A stretch of DNA of 62,522 bases, counting the filler, from Chloroflexota bacterium (lineage in GTDB: Bacteria; Chloroflexota; Chloroflexia; QHBQ01), in NCBI GenBank assembly GCA_043754535.1. It is 6 parts of 6 records of this genome, joined end to end, with 100 filler letters (N's around TTAATTAATTAA, not from the genome) between each part and the next. Parts side by side here need not be neighbours in the genome. Positions count along the whole stretch, not along the records: positions 19,063 to 37,876 come from JAYUUN010000008.1; positions 37,977 to 44,101 come from JAYUUN010000013.1; 4 more parts are not named here. One strand, written 5' to 3'. The first letter of the stretch is position 1. Every line of letters starts with the position of its first letter. The notes beneath the pieces were generated by a model that made no database searches, was not told the origin of the DNA, and saw nothing but the letters and a program-made list of their open reading frames with translations. Made by a program: the position numbers and the translations under genes. Shown here in pieces: positions 29,629 to 38,463 of the stretch.

Positions 29629-30150
29629 ATGTCTGAGCAACAGGCCGGTGAGATTGTAAGTGCGGCGCAGGACGAGCAGGGGCGTGGCAGTTACGCCCTG
29701 ATGGTGGATGGTGAGACGCTGGGCGAATTGCAGATGCAGGGCGAACCGCGCTATGCCGCTATCTTGCAGCGGGGGGAGGATCGCTACCTCTTTCACCCCA
29801 CTCTTGAGCCACCAATTCGGGTGGACATCCGCAAGCAGGGCGCGGGGACAGACTATGCCGTCTACAACGAGCAAGAGGCAGGTGACGGCAATCTTGAGCT
29901 ACACGACGGTCGCCGCTACCGTTGGGCGCGTGCTGACCACGCTAACCTTAGCTGGCTGGTCAGCGACGAAGGCGGCCAACCACTGATCTGCTTCACCGCT
30001 GAGGGCGACTTCATGAGCCAGCGGCAAGCGACGATCAGCCTTGAAGGGCAGGCGCGCCAGCTTGCCGACCTCGACTTGCTGCTGGCGACCGGCTGGTATG
30101 TGATCCTGATCTACAGCCAGAGCGACGCGGCGGAGTCGGCGTTGGCCTGA
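29629..30150 (+). CDS. hypothetical protein
   Basis: AAGGAGG RBS, ATG at 29629, typical codon usage. Confidence 0.7.
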   Translation: MSEQQAGEIVSAAQDEQGRGSYALMVDGETLGELQMQGEPRYAAILQRGEDRYLFHPTLEPPIRVDIRKQGAGTDYAVYNEQEAGDGNLELHDGRRYRWARADHANLSWLVSDEGGQPLICFTAEGDFMSQRQATISLEGQARQLADLDLLLATGWYVILIYSQSDAAESALA

Positions 30151-30926
30151 GTGCTACATCGCAGGGTGGGGGCGGATAACCTCTCCTCTCCCACCTCAAT
30201 GTTCAGCGGCTGGGTCGTCACCCTGCCCGGCTGCTCCCAAACTCGCTCGCGGTAGGCACGCACCAGTTGCAGGATGTTGATCAGGTAGTGGGCGACGAAG
30301 GGGGCGAACAGGCCACCAGTCAGAAGGAACAGGGCGGAGAGAACGAGGCTGAGTAGGCCAGCCCCGACTACGCCCAGCCTCCCCTGCGGCAGGTGCAGCA
30401 GGCCGAATAGCACCGAGAGCGGCAAGGCGGCCAACCACCGCATCCAGCCAGCCGCCCCACTCAAGCCGCCAAGTAGCAGCCCACGAAACAGCAACTCCTC
30501 TAGCAGCACCGCTACTGCCATCGCTGCGGCCACCGCCAGCCAGACGCTAGCCCGCCCCGTGCGTGGGGTGACCAGGCGCATCACCAGGTCAGAGTAGATG
30601 TTCGTCCCCCATACCCGCACCGCCCACTCACTGAGGAAGTTGACGGCAAGCAGGGCAAGCAGGCCTCCCACCAACCCGATCCCACCATCGCGTAGCACGC
30701 CAGCCACATCATAATGCAGGCCAAAAGCCGCTGCTGGCAAGCCGCTGATCCGCGCCAGTAGCAAGCAGAAAGCAACCATCAGCAGCTTGACCACATTCTC
30801 CGCTGGGTTGAGCAGCAGGTTCTCCTGTGGCACGAACTTGCGCAGCAGCAGTGCGCTTTGGTAGGTTGCGTAGGCCAGGAAGGCGGTCAGCAGCAGGGTG
30901 CCTGCTACGAAGTAAGGGTTCACCAT
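30111..30926 (-). CDS. CPBP (Abi/CAAX) intramembrane metalloprotease
   Basis: EELLFRG, FGLLH, AHYLIN. Confidence 0.92.
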   Translation of the reverse strand: MVNPYFVAGTLLLTAFLAYATYQSALLLRKFVPQENLLLNPAENVVKLLMVAFCLLLARISGLPAAAFGLHYDVAGVLRDGGIGLVGGLLALLAVNFLSEWAVRVWGTNIYSDLVMRLVTPRTGRASVWLAVAAAMAVAVLLEELLFRGLLLGGLSGAAGWMRWLAALPLSVLFGLLHLPQGRLGVVGAGLLSLVLSALFLLTGGLFAPFVAHYLINILQLVRAYRERVWEQPGRVTTQPLNIEVGEERLSAPTLRCSTQANADSAASLWL

Positions 30927-32920
30927 TCTTCTTTGGGAGCGACGGTCAGCGGGTTGTTCGTCTGCATCTTACTCGGTAGGCCCACCGTGCTGTAGGTGCG
31001 GAAGATCGCCGCCGCTGGCTTCTCCGTGCTGTCGCTACGCAGCAGACCAAAGTAGTCCTCGAAGGCCTGGTTGCTGTGGTCGCCCCGTGTGCTGGGCGAA
31101 CTCGTCCCCGGCACGTAGTCGTAGAGGTTCCATTGCAGCCAACCGGCGATCCTTCGTGTGCTTGCTGCCTCAACTGCTAGGCTGTAAAAGAGGCTTTGGG
31201 TCGCCTCGTCGTAGTTCTTGCGCCCCACAGGGCCAGTCGGCCAGCCCGCCTCTTGTAGCAGAATTGGCTTGCCCGTCAGTTGCTTCAGCCTATCGATCTG
31301 CGTTGCCAGTGCGCCCCCATCATAGCCGTGCAGGGCCACAAAGTCGGAGATTTCTAGCGCACTCTGGCCGCCCACTGGCTTGTAGCCAAGGTTGTGCCAG
31401 TCACCCATGCTGATAGCAATCGGGTGGTTAGGGTCGCGCTGGCGGATGCGGGCTGCCATGCGTGCCTCCCAGTCCAACACCTGCGCCTGCCGCCCCTGCT
31501 GCCAGTTGTCGTAGTTGTCCGCCTCGTTGTGAATATCCCAGGCAAACACGCGGTCGTCATCTGCCAGAGCCTTAACGATGCTGTCCAGGTAGACGAGGTT
31601 AGCGTCCTCCTCTGGCGTGCCAGCAGCAGGGGCGATATCGTACCAGTCAAACAGGCTAATGTTCACCTTCAGTTGGTACTTCGCGGCGATCTGCAAGAAC
31701 TCGCGTACTCGACGGATGAACTCTGGGTTGATGCGGTCGCCACGCCCTCTCGTGTCCTCCCAGATCAGCTTCCTGGTTTCGTCCTTATCGTAGGGCAGGC
31801 TGATCCGCACCACATTGCCGCCGAGGGCAGAGACGTGGCTAAGCTCAGCGTCCACCTGGAAGCCGTCCCACCGCCGCCACATCATCGCCCAGGGGTTGAG
31901 GCTGTTGAAGTAGTTGCTACCCTTCAGCCGCACCGCCTGTCCGCCATAGGCGAACTGGTCACCGCTGATGTGCAAGAAGCCATCACCGTTGCTGGGTAGC
32001 AGCGGGCTGGGGACAGGCGTGGTCGGCTGAAGGGGATTGACCGGCGTTTGCAGCCAATCTAGATAGTGTTGGCCGACGTTGCCCATCTGCACCTGCCAAC
32101 TTGCAGCGGCGGTGGGTAGGTAAGTGAGAGTGCGCCGCTCGAACAACTGCACCAGCACGGTAGCAGGCTGGCCGCTAATCGTAGTCTGCACCCAGTATGG
32201 CTCGCTGATCGGGTAGCCCATCACGTACTGCCAGTCGTAAAGTGGCGCGTCTACCAGCTTGCCAGCTTCGTACACCTTGCCGCGCTGGTTGAGGAAGCTC
32301 CAGAACGGAGCAGCGATGTTGTGGTCGGTAGCAGGCTCGTAGTAAGCAAGGTTGGCGGTCGGTACTGCTACTGGTCTGTCAAGCATAGCGAGGTCTACCG
32401 TGCCACCCTGGCGATCAAGCAGGAGGGTAAGCGGCTGCCCGACGCGGTTGGTGGCCTTCACCAACCACTTCTGGAAGCTGGCGTAGGTTGGCGCGTCTTG
32501 GCTAGTCGCGTCACCCGCAACCACGATCTCGGCTGGTTGGCGGGCCTGCTCCAGCGCAGTGGGCAGCGCACCAGCTACCTTGCCAGCTACCATCTCGCTG
32601 ACCAGCAGACCGCTAGTGACGAACCACTTGCTGCGGCGGTCGCCACCAGGGTCGGCAATCTCCATACGCGCCTTGTCGCTGTACTGCACGGTGATTGGCT
32701 TGCCGTTGTAGAGTTGCTGCACCGCCAGCCCTGGCCCTGGTCCCCACGTCCAGCTACGCTGCACCTGCCCCGCCGCCACTGGCTGGTCATTGCGCTGCCA
32801 GAGTTGTAGGAAGGCGGGATCGACCCACTGGCCCTCCGCTCGCGAGGGGTAGGTGGGCAGGCTGGCAAGCAGCAAGGCAAGCAGCAGTAGCAGACTGGCA
32901 AAGCGGCGGTTGTGGCTCAT
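30920..32920 (-). CDS. secreted GH5/GH2-like glycoside hydrolase with N-terminal Chloroflexi-type repeat domain
   Basis: WDIHNE acid/base and ILLQEAGW nucleophile motifs; N-terminal GYPISEPYW...QLFERR...MGNVGQHY. Confidence 0.85.
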   Translation of the reverse strand: MSHNRRFASLLLLLALLLASLPTYPSRAEGQWVDPAFLQLWQRNDQPVAAGQVQRSWTWGPGPGLAVQQLYNGKPITVQYSDKARMEIADPGGDRRSKWFVTSGLLVSEMVAGKVAGALPTALEQARQPAEIVVAGDATSQDAPTYASFQKWLVKATNRVGQPLTLLLDRQGGTVDLAMLDRPVAVPTANLAYYEPATDHNIAAPFWSFLNQRGKVYEAGKLVDAPLYDWQYVMGYPISEPYWVQTTISGQPATVLVQLFERRTLTYLPTAAASWQVQMGNVGQHYLDWLQTPVNPLQPTTPVPSPLLPSNGDGFLHISGDQFAYGGQAVRLKGSNYFNSLNPWAMMWRRWDGFQVDAELSHVSALGGNVVRISLPYDKDETRKLIWEDTRGRGDRINPEFIRRVREFLQIAAKYQLKVNISLFDWYDIAPAAGTPEEDANLVYLDSIVKALADDDRVFAWDIHNEADNYDNWQQGRQAQVLDWEARMAARIRQRDPNHPIAISMGDWHNLGYKPVGGQSALEISDFVALHGYDGGALATQIDRLKQLTGKPILLQEAGWPTGPVGRKNYDEATQSLFYSLAVEAASTRRIAGWLQWNLYDYVPGTSSPSTRGDHSNQAFEDYFGLLRSDSTEKPAAAIFRTYSTVGLPSKMQTNNPLTVAPKEEW

Positions 32921-33040
32921 CGGTTCATCCCTCTAGCTAGCATGGTTGGTCGTCAAGCTCATTATAACAAAAGCACAGTGCTACTGACCAAGAGGGACGG
33001 ATCACTAGAACCCGTCCCCCTCGTCCGCTGCTGGGCTGGG

Positions 33041-36000
33041 CTACGGTAGCGTTTCTATAGCCCGCCGCACGACCTTGCTCAGTTCGCCGCGACGGATGTT
33101 GTCGTTGGGCCGGAAGCAGAGGCCGCTCTGCGGTGCGACGCAGGCAGCCCCACTGATCACCCCCCTACCCACCAACGTCTCCACTGCACCATAGCCGAAG
33201 CTGCCCGCTGGCACATCGCGGAAGGTGGGCGTGCTTGGCGTGAAGCTGGTATAGGCCCGTACGCGCTGCACGATCACCACCACCTGCACGCGGCTGATCT
33301 GCACATTTGGCCCGTAACAAGGTGAGGCTACCCCCAGAGCTGCACACTGTGTTGGGTTGAGGCCGTTGACTGCTCCTGCACGGGCGGCAGTCTCGACGAA
33401 GGTGTAGAAGACGCTACTCGCCGCCACGTCGTTGAAGCTGGGTGTGCTGGGGGTGTAAGCTGGTAGCGCAAAGCCGAGGCTGGCGATCTTGGCGAACTGG
33501 CCGCGGGTGGTGTTGGCGTTGGGCTGGAAGGTGCCGCCCGCAAATCCACTGACGATCCCTCGACAAGCCAGGAACTGGATGTCTCCGTAGAAAATGTTGC
33601 TGGTTGGCACGTCGCTGAAGCTGATCGTGCAAGGGATAGCCGTCACGGTAGGCGAGCCGCTGGTCAGCGTAGCGGTTGCTGTCGGGGTGGCAGTGCTGCT
33701 GGCGACAGGGCTGGCAGTGGTGGTCGGCGAGCCGCTGGTTGGCGTAGCGGTTGCGGTCAGAGTGGCAGTGCTGCTGGCGACAGGACTGGCGGTGGAGGTC
33801 ACGGTGGTGGTCGGCGAGCCGCTGGTCGGCGTAGCGGTTGCGGTCAGGGTGGCGGTGCTGCTGGCGATGCTGGTGGCGGTCGCAGTGCCAGTAGCTACAG
33901 TGCCGGTTGCGGTGCGAGTAGCAGTGCCAGTTGCGGTGTTGCTGGCGGTGTTGCTGGCGGTGCGGGTAGCAGTGTTGGTAGCAGTGTTGCTGCTAGTTGC
34001 GGTGCCAGTTGCTGTGCCAGTTGCTGTCCTGGTGGGCGTGTTAGTGGCAGTCGCGGTGTTGGTAGCGGTGTTGGCTGGCGTGTTGGTGGCGGCGTTGATT
34101 GGCTCTACCAGTTTGCTGACGAAGCCATCGAAGGAGCCGCCAAAGTTGGGCTGACTGGGATTGAGGATGGGGAAGTTGTTGGCGTTAGTGTAGCCAGTGA
34201 CGTAGGCGTTGCCCTGCCCATCGAGAGCCACCCCCAGTGCGTAATCGTCGCCGCTCCCGCCGAGGTAGGTGGAGTCCACCCTGGTGCCGGTTGCGTCTAG
34301 CTTGGTCACGAAGCCATCGGTGCTGCCACGCCGCCCTGGGACGACTGGGTTGATCGTGGGGAAGTCGTTGGAGTTGGTGCCACCCGCAACCACTGCGCTA
34401 CCCTGGCTGTCCACCGCCAGTGCGTAGCCGTAGTCGCTGCCGCCACCACCGAGGTAGGTCGAGTAGCCGTAGGTGAACACGCCGCTGGCCGTGATGATCT
34501 TGGTGACGTAGGCATCGTCGGTGTCCAGCAGGTTGGGCTGCTGCGCATTGCGGGTGGGGAAGTTACTAGACTGGGTTTGGCCGGTCACGTAGATGCTGCC
34601 CTGGCCGTCTACCCCAATGCCCGCGTTGGTGCCGTAGAGCAGTTCGCTGCCGCTGCCACCGAGGTAGGTCGAGAGGCCGTAGGTCAGCACTCCGCCGCTG
34701 CTGACTAGCTCGCTAACGAAGGCATCGCTGCTCCCCCCCCTGCTTGGCTGCACCGCCTTGAAGGTAGGGAAGTTGTCAGAGATGGTGAAGCCAGTAACGT
34801 AGGCATTGCCAGCCGGGTCAACCGCCAGTGCGTAGCCATAGTCGTCGCTGGTGCCGCCCAGGATGGTCGAGTATTCGTAGGTAAACACCCCGCTGGCCGA
34901 GATAATCTTGGTCACGAAGGCATCGGAGGCTCCAGCGAGGTTGGCCTGCAACGAGTTGCGCCGCGGGAAGTTGGCTGAAGTGGTGTAGCCTGCCACGTAG
35001 ATGTTGCGGCTGGCATCCACCCCGACCCCGAAGCTGAAGTCGTTGCTGTTCCCGCCCAGGTAGGTGCCGAAGGTGCGCGCTCCTGTGCTGTCGAAGCGGC
35101 TCACAAACACGTCGGTAGTGCCGCTGGTGGCGTTGGTCGCCTGCACCGGGTTGAGGGTGGGGAAGTCGGGCGAGTTGGTACTGCCGCTGACGTAGGTGTT
35201 GCCCAGGCTGTCTACCGCGATGGCAAAGCCGTTGTCGCTGCCCGTACCGCCAATGTAGGTGGAGTAGCCGTAGGTTAGCACGCCGCTGCTGGTGATCAGC
35301 TTGGTGACGAAGGCATCGTTGGAGCCACCCGGCCTGGTCGGCTGCGTGGCGTTACGGGTAGGGAATCCCGCCGAGTAGGTTGCCCCAGTAGTGTAGCTGT
35401 TGCCCGCACTGTCAGCCGCAATCGCCTGGCCGAAATCCAGACCCTCGCCGCCGAGGTAGGTGGAGTAGTCCAGTACTGGGTCGATCAACAAGGCAAGTGA
35501 GCGGTCATAGTCGGGTACGCTGAAGGCGATCTCGTTGCCGCGCACTACATAGCTGCCCTGCACCTCGCGCAGCCCCGCCCCCGTCTGCTGGTAGATGCGG
35601 GCTGCCGCCTGCCGGACGATGCCGCTGGCGGTATGCAGCAGCAGGTCGCCACCCGCTACCTCGATCCGTTCGGCTCCATCCACCGTGAGGCGAATAGCGG
35701 CGGGGTTGCCGCCCGGCTGTACGATGAAGTCGTATTCCAGGTTGCCATCAGCCCCACTATAGTAGGCTAGATCGATGCTGTCGTAGACCCCCGCATATGC
35801 CACGCGGCTGTAGTGTGGCACGGCGGTTCGCCAGCGGCTGGGGTCACTACCGATGTAGTAGTTACTTACCCCTGCCTCGCGTTCGCTGGCGACTAGGTGC
35901 GCCCCTGGGTTGCCCCCTTGCCAATGGAAGCGCAGGGTAGCTGATTGCCCAGAGCCAGCCTCTAGCACCATTGCTGCTTCGCCCTCGTTGAGGTAAAGTT

Positions 36001-36232
36001 GGTAGCCGTTGCCACGGGCCAGATAGCGCACGCCGCTCTCCCACTGCCCAAGATTCGGCTCAAAATGAAGCGGTCGCTGCCCCAGCTTATGTTGCTGGCT
36101 GCCGACCGCTGTCTTTTGCCTATTCGCTTGTTGCTGTGCCTGCTCACCCGCTGGCCCGCTCTGGATCAGCAGCCCACTGATGATCGCCGCCGCCAACCCC
36201 CATGTTAGCAGTTTGCTTCTTCTTTTACCCAC
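33041..36232 (-). CDS. secreted SBBP beta-propeller repeat protein with Thr-rich stalk and C-terminal SLH domains
   Basis: FEPNLGQ, LEYDFIV.PG, repeated YSTYLGG...D.G..IAVD..GN.YV.G.T.S.NFP; FSDVPTSNIFY...LACRG. Confidence 0.9.
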   Translation of the reverse strand: MGKRRSKLLTWGLAAAIISGLLIQSGPAGEQAQQQANRQKTAVGSQQHKLGQRPLHFEPNLGQWESGVRYLARGNGYQLYLNEGEAAMVLEAGSGQSATLRFHWQGGNPGAHLVASEREAGVSNYYIGSDPSRWRTAVPHYSRVAYAGVYDSIDLAYYSGADGNLEYDFIVQPGGNPAAIRLTVDGAERIEVAGGDLLLHTASGIVRQAAARIYQQTGAGLREVQGSYVVRGNEIAFSVPDYDRSLALLIDPVLDYSTYLGGEGLDFGQAIAADSAGNSYTTGATYSAGFPTRNATQPTRPGGSNDAFVTKLITSSGVLTYGYSTYIGGTGSDNGFAIAVDSLGNTYVSGSTNSPDFPTLNPVQATNATSGTTDVFVSRFDSTGARTFGTYLGGNSNDFSFGVGVDASRNIYVAGYTTSANFPRRNSLQANLAGASDAFVTKIISASGVFTYEYSTILGGTSDDYGYALAVDPAGNAYVTGFTISDNFPTFKAVQPSRGGSSDAFVSELVSSGGVLTYGLSTYLGGSGSELLYGTNAGIGVDGQGSIYVTGQTQSSNFPTRNAQQPNLLDTDDAYVTKIITASGVFTYGYSTYLGGGGSDYGYALAVDSQGSAVVAGGTNSNDFPTINPVVPGRRGSTDGFVTKLDATGTRVDSTYLGGSGDDYALGVALDGQGNAYVTGYTNANNFPILNPSQPNFGGSFDGFVSKLVEPINAATNTPANTATNTATATNTPTRTATGTATGTATSSNTATNTATRTASNTASNTATGTATRTATGTVATGTATATSIASSTATLTATATPTSGSPTTTVTSTASPVASSTATLTATATPTSGSPTTTASPVASSTATPTATATLTSGSPTVTAIPCTISFSDVPTSNIFYGDIQFLACRGIVSGFAGGTFQPNANTTRGQFAKIASLGFALPAYTPSTPSFNDVAASSVFYTFVETAARAGAVNGLNPTQCAALGVASPCYGPNVQISRVQVVVIVQRVRAYTSFTPSTPTFRDVPAGSFGYGAVETLVGRGVISGAACVAPQSGLCFRPNDNIRRGELSKVVRRAIETLP
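33650..34090 (-). repeat. coding low-complexity Thr/Ala/Ser repeats (TATATPTSGSPT, ASSTATLT)
   Basis: Near-identical DNA units such as GGCGAGCCGCTGGT.GGCGTAGCGGTTGC, three copies. Confidence 0.8.
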
Positions 36233-36304
36233 TTACCCCCTCCTCTAGTGCAACCAGTAACTGCTTTGTACAACCGCCAGCCCTATTATAGCAGAAAACC
36301 AGGT

Positions 36305-36344
36305 AGCACAAACCCCCAATCAACGCAGATTGGGGGTTTGTGCT
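36305..36344 (-). terminator. terminator hairpin downstream of glnA
   Basis: Perfect 17-bp inverted repeat AGCACAAACCCCCAATC / GATTGGGGGTTTGTGCT. Confidence 0.75.
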
Positions 36345-36364
36345 TGCTGAGTTGGGCTGCTGGC

Positions 36365-37729
36365 TTAGAGGATCGAGAGGTAGCGGTCAAGCTCCCACTG
36401 GGTGACGTGGATGCGGTACTCGTCGTACTCTTGCTTGCGCGACTGCACGAAGTTGTCGTAGATGTGGTCGCCGAGGGCGGTGCGTACCAGCGGGTCAGCC
36501 TCCATTGCCTCAATTGCTTCGGCCAGGCTACCGGGCAGGGTGGCAATATTGCGGTCACGGCGGGCATCTTCACCCATATGGTAGAGGTTCTCCTCCACCG
36601 GGTCGGGAATCTCCAACTGATTCTTGATCCCGTCCAGCCCCGCGTGCAGCATGACCGCGAAGGCGAGGTAGGGGTTGCAGGAGGGGTCGGGGAAGCGCAG
36701 TTCCAGGCGGATCGCTTTGGGCCGACCGGGGACAACGCGGGGGATGCGGATCAGGGCCGAGCGGTTCTGGCGCGCCCAGCAGATGTAGACTGGAGCCTCG
36801 TAGCCCGGCACCAGCCGCTTGTAGCTGTTGACGGTGGGAGCGACGACGGCGGCGATGGCACGCGCGTGCTTGAGCAGCCCGGCGATGTAGTGTTTGGCTA
36901 GCTGGCTCAGGCCGTAGCTGCCGTCCTTCTCATCCGCGAAGGCGTTAGTCGCACCGTCCAGGGTAAAGAGGCTCTGGTGGGTGTGCATCCCGCTGCCGTT
37001 TACGCCGAACAGCGGCTTGGGCATGAAGCTGGCGTAGAGGCCGTGCTTGGCGGCAATCGCCTTCAGGGTGTACTTGAAGGTGGTGGCATTGTCGGCGGTC
37101 TTCAGCGCATCAGCGTACTTGAAGTCGATCTCGTGCTGGCCGGGGGCAACCTCGTGGTGGGCGGTTTCCACTTCAATACCGAACTTCTCCAGGGCGGTAG
37201 TCATGTCGTTGCGCACTTCTTCGCCGAGGTCAGTGCTGAAGTCGAAGTAGCCGCCCGCGTCGTGGGTGTCAGTCGAGATCGTGCCGTCTGCATTGCGCTT
37301 AAAGAGGAAGAACTCAAGCTCTGGGCCGGTGTTGAAGATGTAGCCCAGCTTCTCCGCCTCGTTCATCGCCTGGCGCAGCACGTAGCGGGGATCGCCCGCA
37401 AACTCTACGCCGTCAGGGGTGAAGACGTTGCAGATCGCCCGCGCCGTTACCTGCCCACCCGCTGCCCAGGGGACGAGGGCGAAGGTGGTGAGGTCAGGCT
37501 TCAAGTACATATCACTCTCGAAGATGCGGGTGAAGCCTTCGATGGAGGAGCCGTCGAACCACTTACCGTCATGGATCGCGTCCTCAAACTGGTGGATCGG
37601 GATCGTCACGCTCTTGGCGATACCCATGATGTCGGTGAACTGGAGGTTGATGAAGGCAACCCCCTGTTCCTTGCAGGTGGCAAGCACTTGCTCGATCAGC
37701 CTGGGGTCGTTGTCGGTACCATAAGGCAT
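36365..37729 (-). CDS. glnA: glutamine synthetase type I
   Basis: FDGSSIEGF, GPELEFFLF, HHEVAPGQHEIDF, FMPKP, NGSGMHTH, NSYKRLVPGYEAP; ATG at 37729 with AGGAG RBS. Confidence 0.97.
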   Translation of the reverse strand: MPYGTDNDPRLIEQVLATCKEQGVAFINLQFTDIMGIAKSVTIPIHQFEDAIHDGKWFDGSSIEGFTRIFESDMYLKPDLTTFALVPWAAGGQVTARAICNVFTPDGVEFAGDPRYVLRQAMNEAEKLGYIFNTGPELEFFLFKRNADGTISTDTHDAGGYFDFSTDLGEEVRNDMTTALEKFGIEVETAHHEVAPGQHEIDFKYADALKTADNATTFKYTLKAIAAKHGLYASFMPKPLFGVNGSGMHTHQSLFTLDGATNAFADEKDGSYGLSQLAKHYIAGLLKHARAIAAVVAPTVNSYKRLVPGYEAPVYICWARQNRSALIRIPRVVPGRPKAIRLELRFPDPSCNPYLAFAVMLHAGLDGIKNQLEIPDPVEENLYHMGEDARRDRNIATLPGSLAEAIEAMEADPLVRTALGDHIYDNFVQSRKQEYDEYRIHVTQWELDRYLSIL

Positions 37730-37816
37730 AACTGCAACTCTCCTCTCTACGAGTGGGGTTGGGGCTGGGGTGGTGGCACCACCAGCAGTGCAACAGCGGG
37801 AGGGCGGGTTCCCGCC

Positions 37817-37876
37817 AAACAAAAAGGGTCACTAAACGACTAGTCTAGTCGCCAGTGACCAGCATGGTTTTGGACA
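37817..37876 (-). promoter_or_regulatory. leader attenuator of glnA: terminator overlapped by an ANTAR-type hexaloop hairpin
   Basis: Minus strand TGTCC-AAAACCATGCTG-GTC(ACTGGC)GAC-TAGACTAGTCGTTTAGTGACC-CTTTTTGTTT. Confidence 0.65.
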
Positions 37877-37976
37877 NNNNNNNNNNNNNNNNNNNNNNNN
37901 NNNNNNNNNNNNNNNNNNNNTTAATTAATTAANNNNNNNNNNNNNNNNNNNNNNNNNNNNNNNNNNNNNNNNNNNN
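37877..37976. other. artificial contig linker
   Basis: N44-TTAATTAATTAA-N44. Confidence 0.99.
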
Positions 37977-38072
37977 GGGCAAGTTTGGCTTAGAACAAGG
38001 CCCACTGACTAACTTTGGCGAGCGAAGCAGTGGGTTTCTTGTTGCCTGCGAACCCCACAGGCTGAGGTGCTG

Positions 38073-38315
38073 CTAAACTGCTAGTTCGACCTCCTGTTGC
38101 ATACGGTCGTACTCCTCGGCCCTGGCGAGGAGCCGTTGGTACTCATGGATGTTCAGCAGGACGGCAATGAGCCTACCATCCGATTTGATCACGACGGGTT
38201 CTTTGGGGGCTTCCGACAGACCGGCGGCTAGTGCGGAAAACCTGCTTTTGACCTCCCGCACGCCTATAGCTCTGTCCTGCAAGTTAAGTGTAACTGCCAG
38301 ATGTTGGCTGTCCAT
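38073..38315 (-). CDS. Phd/YefM family antitoxin-like protein
   Basis: IGVREVKSRFSAL...EPVVIKSDGRLIAVLLNIHEYQRL. Confidence 0.85.
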   Translation of the reverse strand: MDSQHLAVTLNLQDRAIGVREVKSRFSALAAGLSEAPKEPVVIKSDGRLIAVLLNIHEYQRLLARAEEYDRMQQEVELAV

Positions 38316-38405
38316 GATGCCCCCTTGAAACCTCTGGTGTGACTCAAGTCACTTGTGATGATCCTACACGATCATGCGGCTGCTGTCAATAGTTTTTCCA
38401 CAAGT

Positions 38406-38463
38406 ATCGTCCGCTTTATCAACCGGAATCGTCCGCTTTATCGTCCGGTGAATCGTCCGCCCT
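38406..38463. repeat. about 12-bp tandem repeat ATCGTCCG(CTTT), 4-5 copies, spanning the stop codon of the AlbA_2 gene
   Basis: ATCGTCCG at 38406, 38428, 38440 and 38452, plus a degenerate copy at 38418. Confidence 0.8.

Noticed and set aside
33594..34154. Val/Ala-rich 186-aa plus-strand ORF
   Set aside because: Antisense of the Thr-rich stalk of the SBBP/SLH protein.
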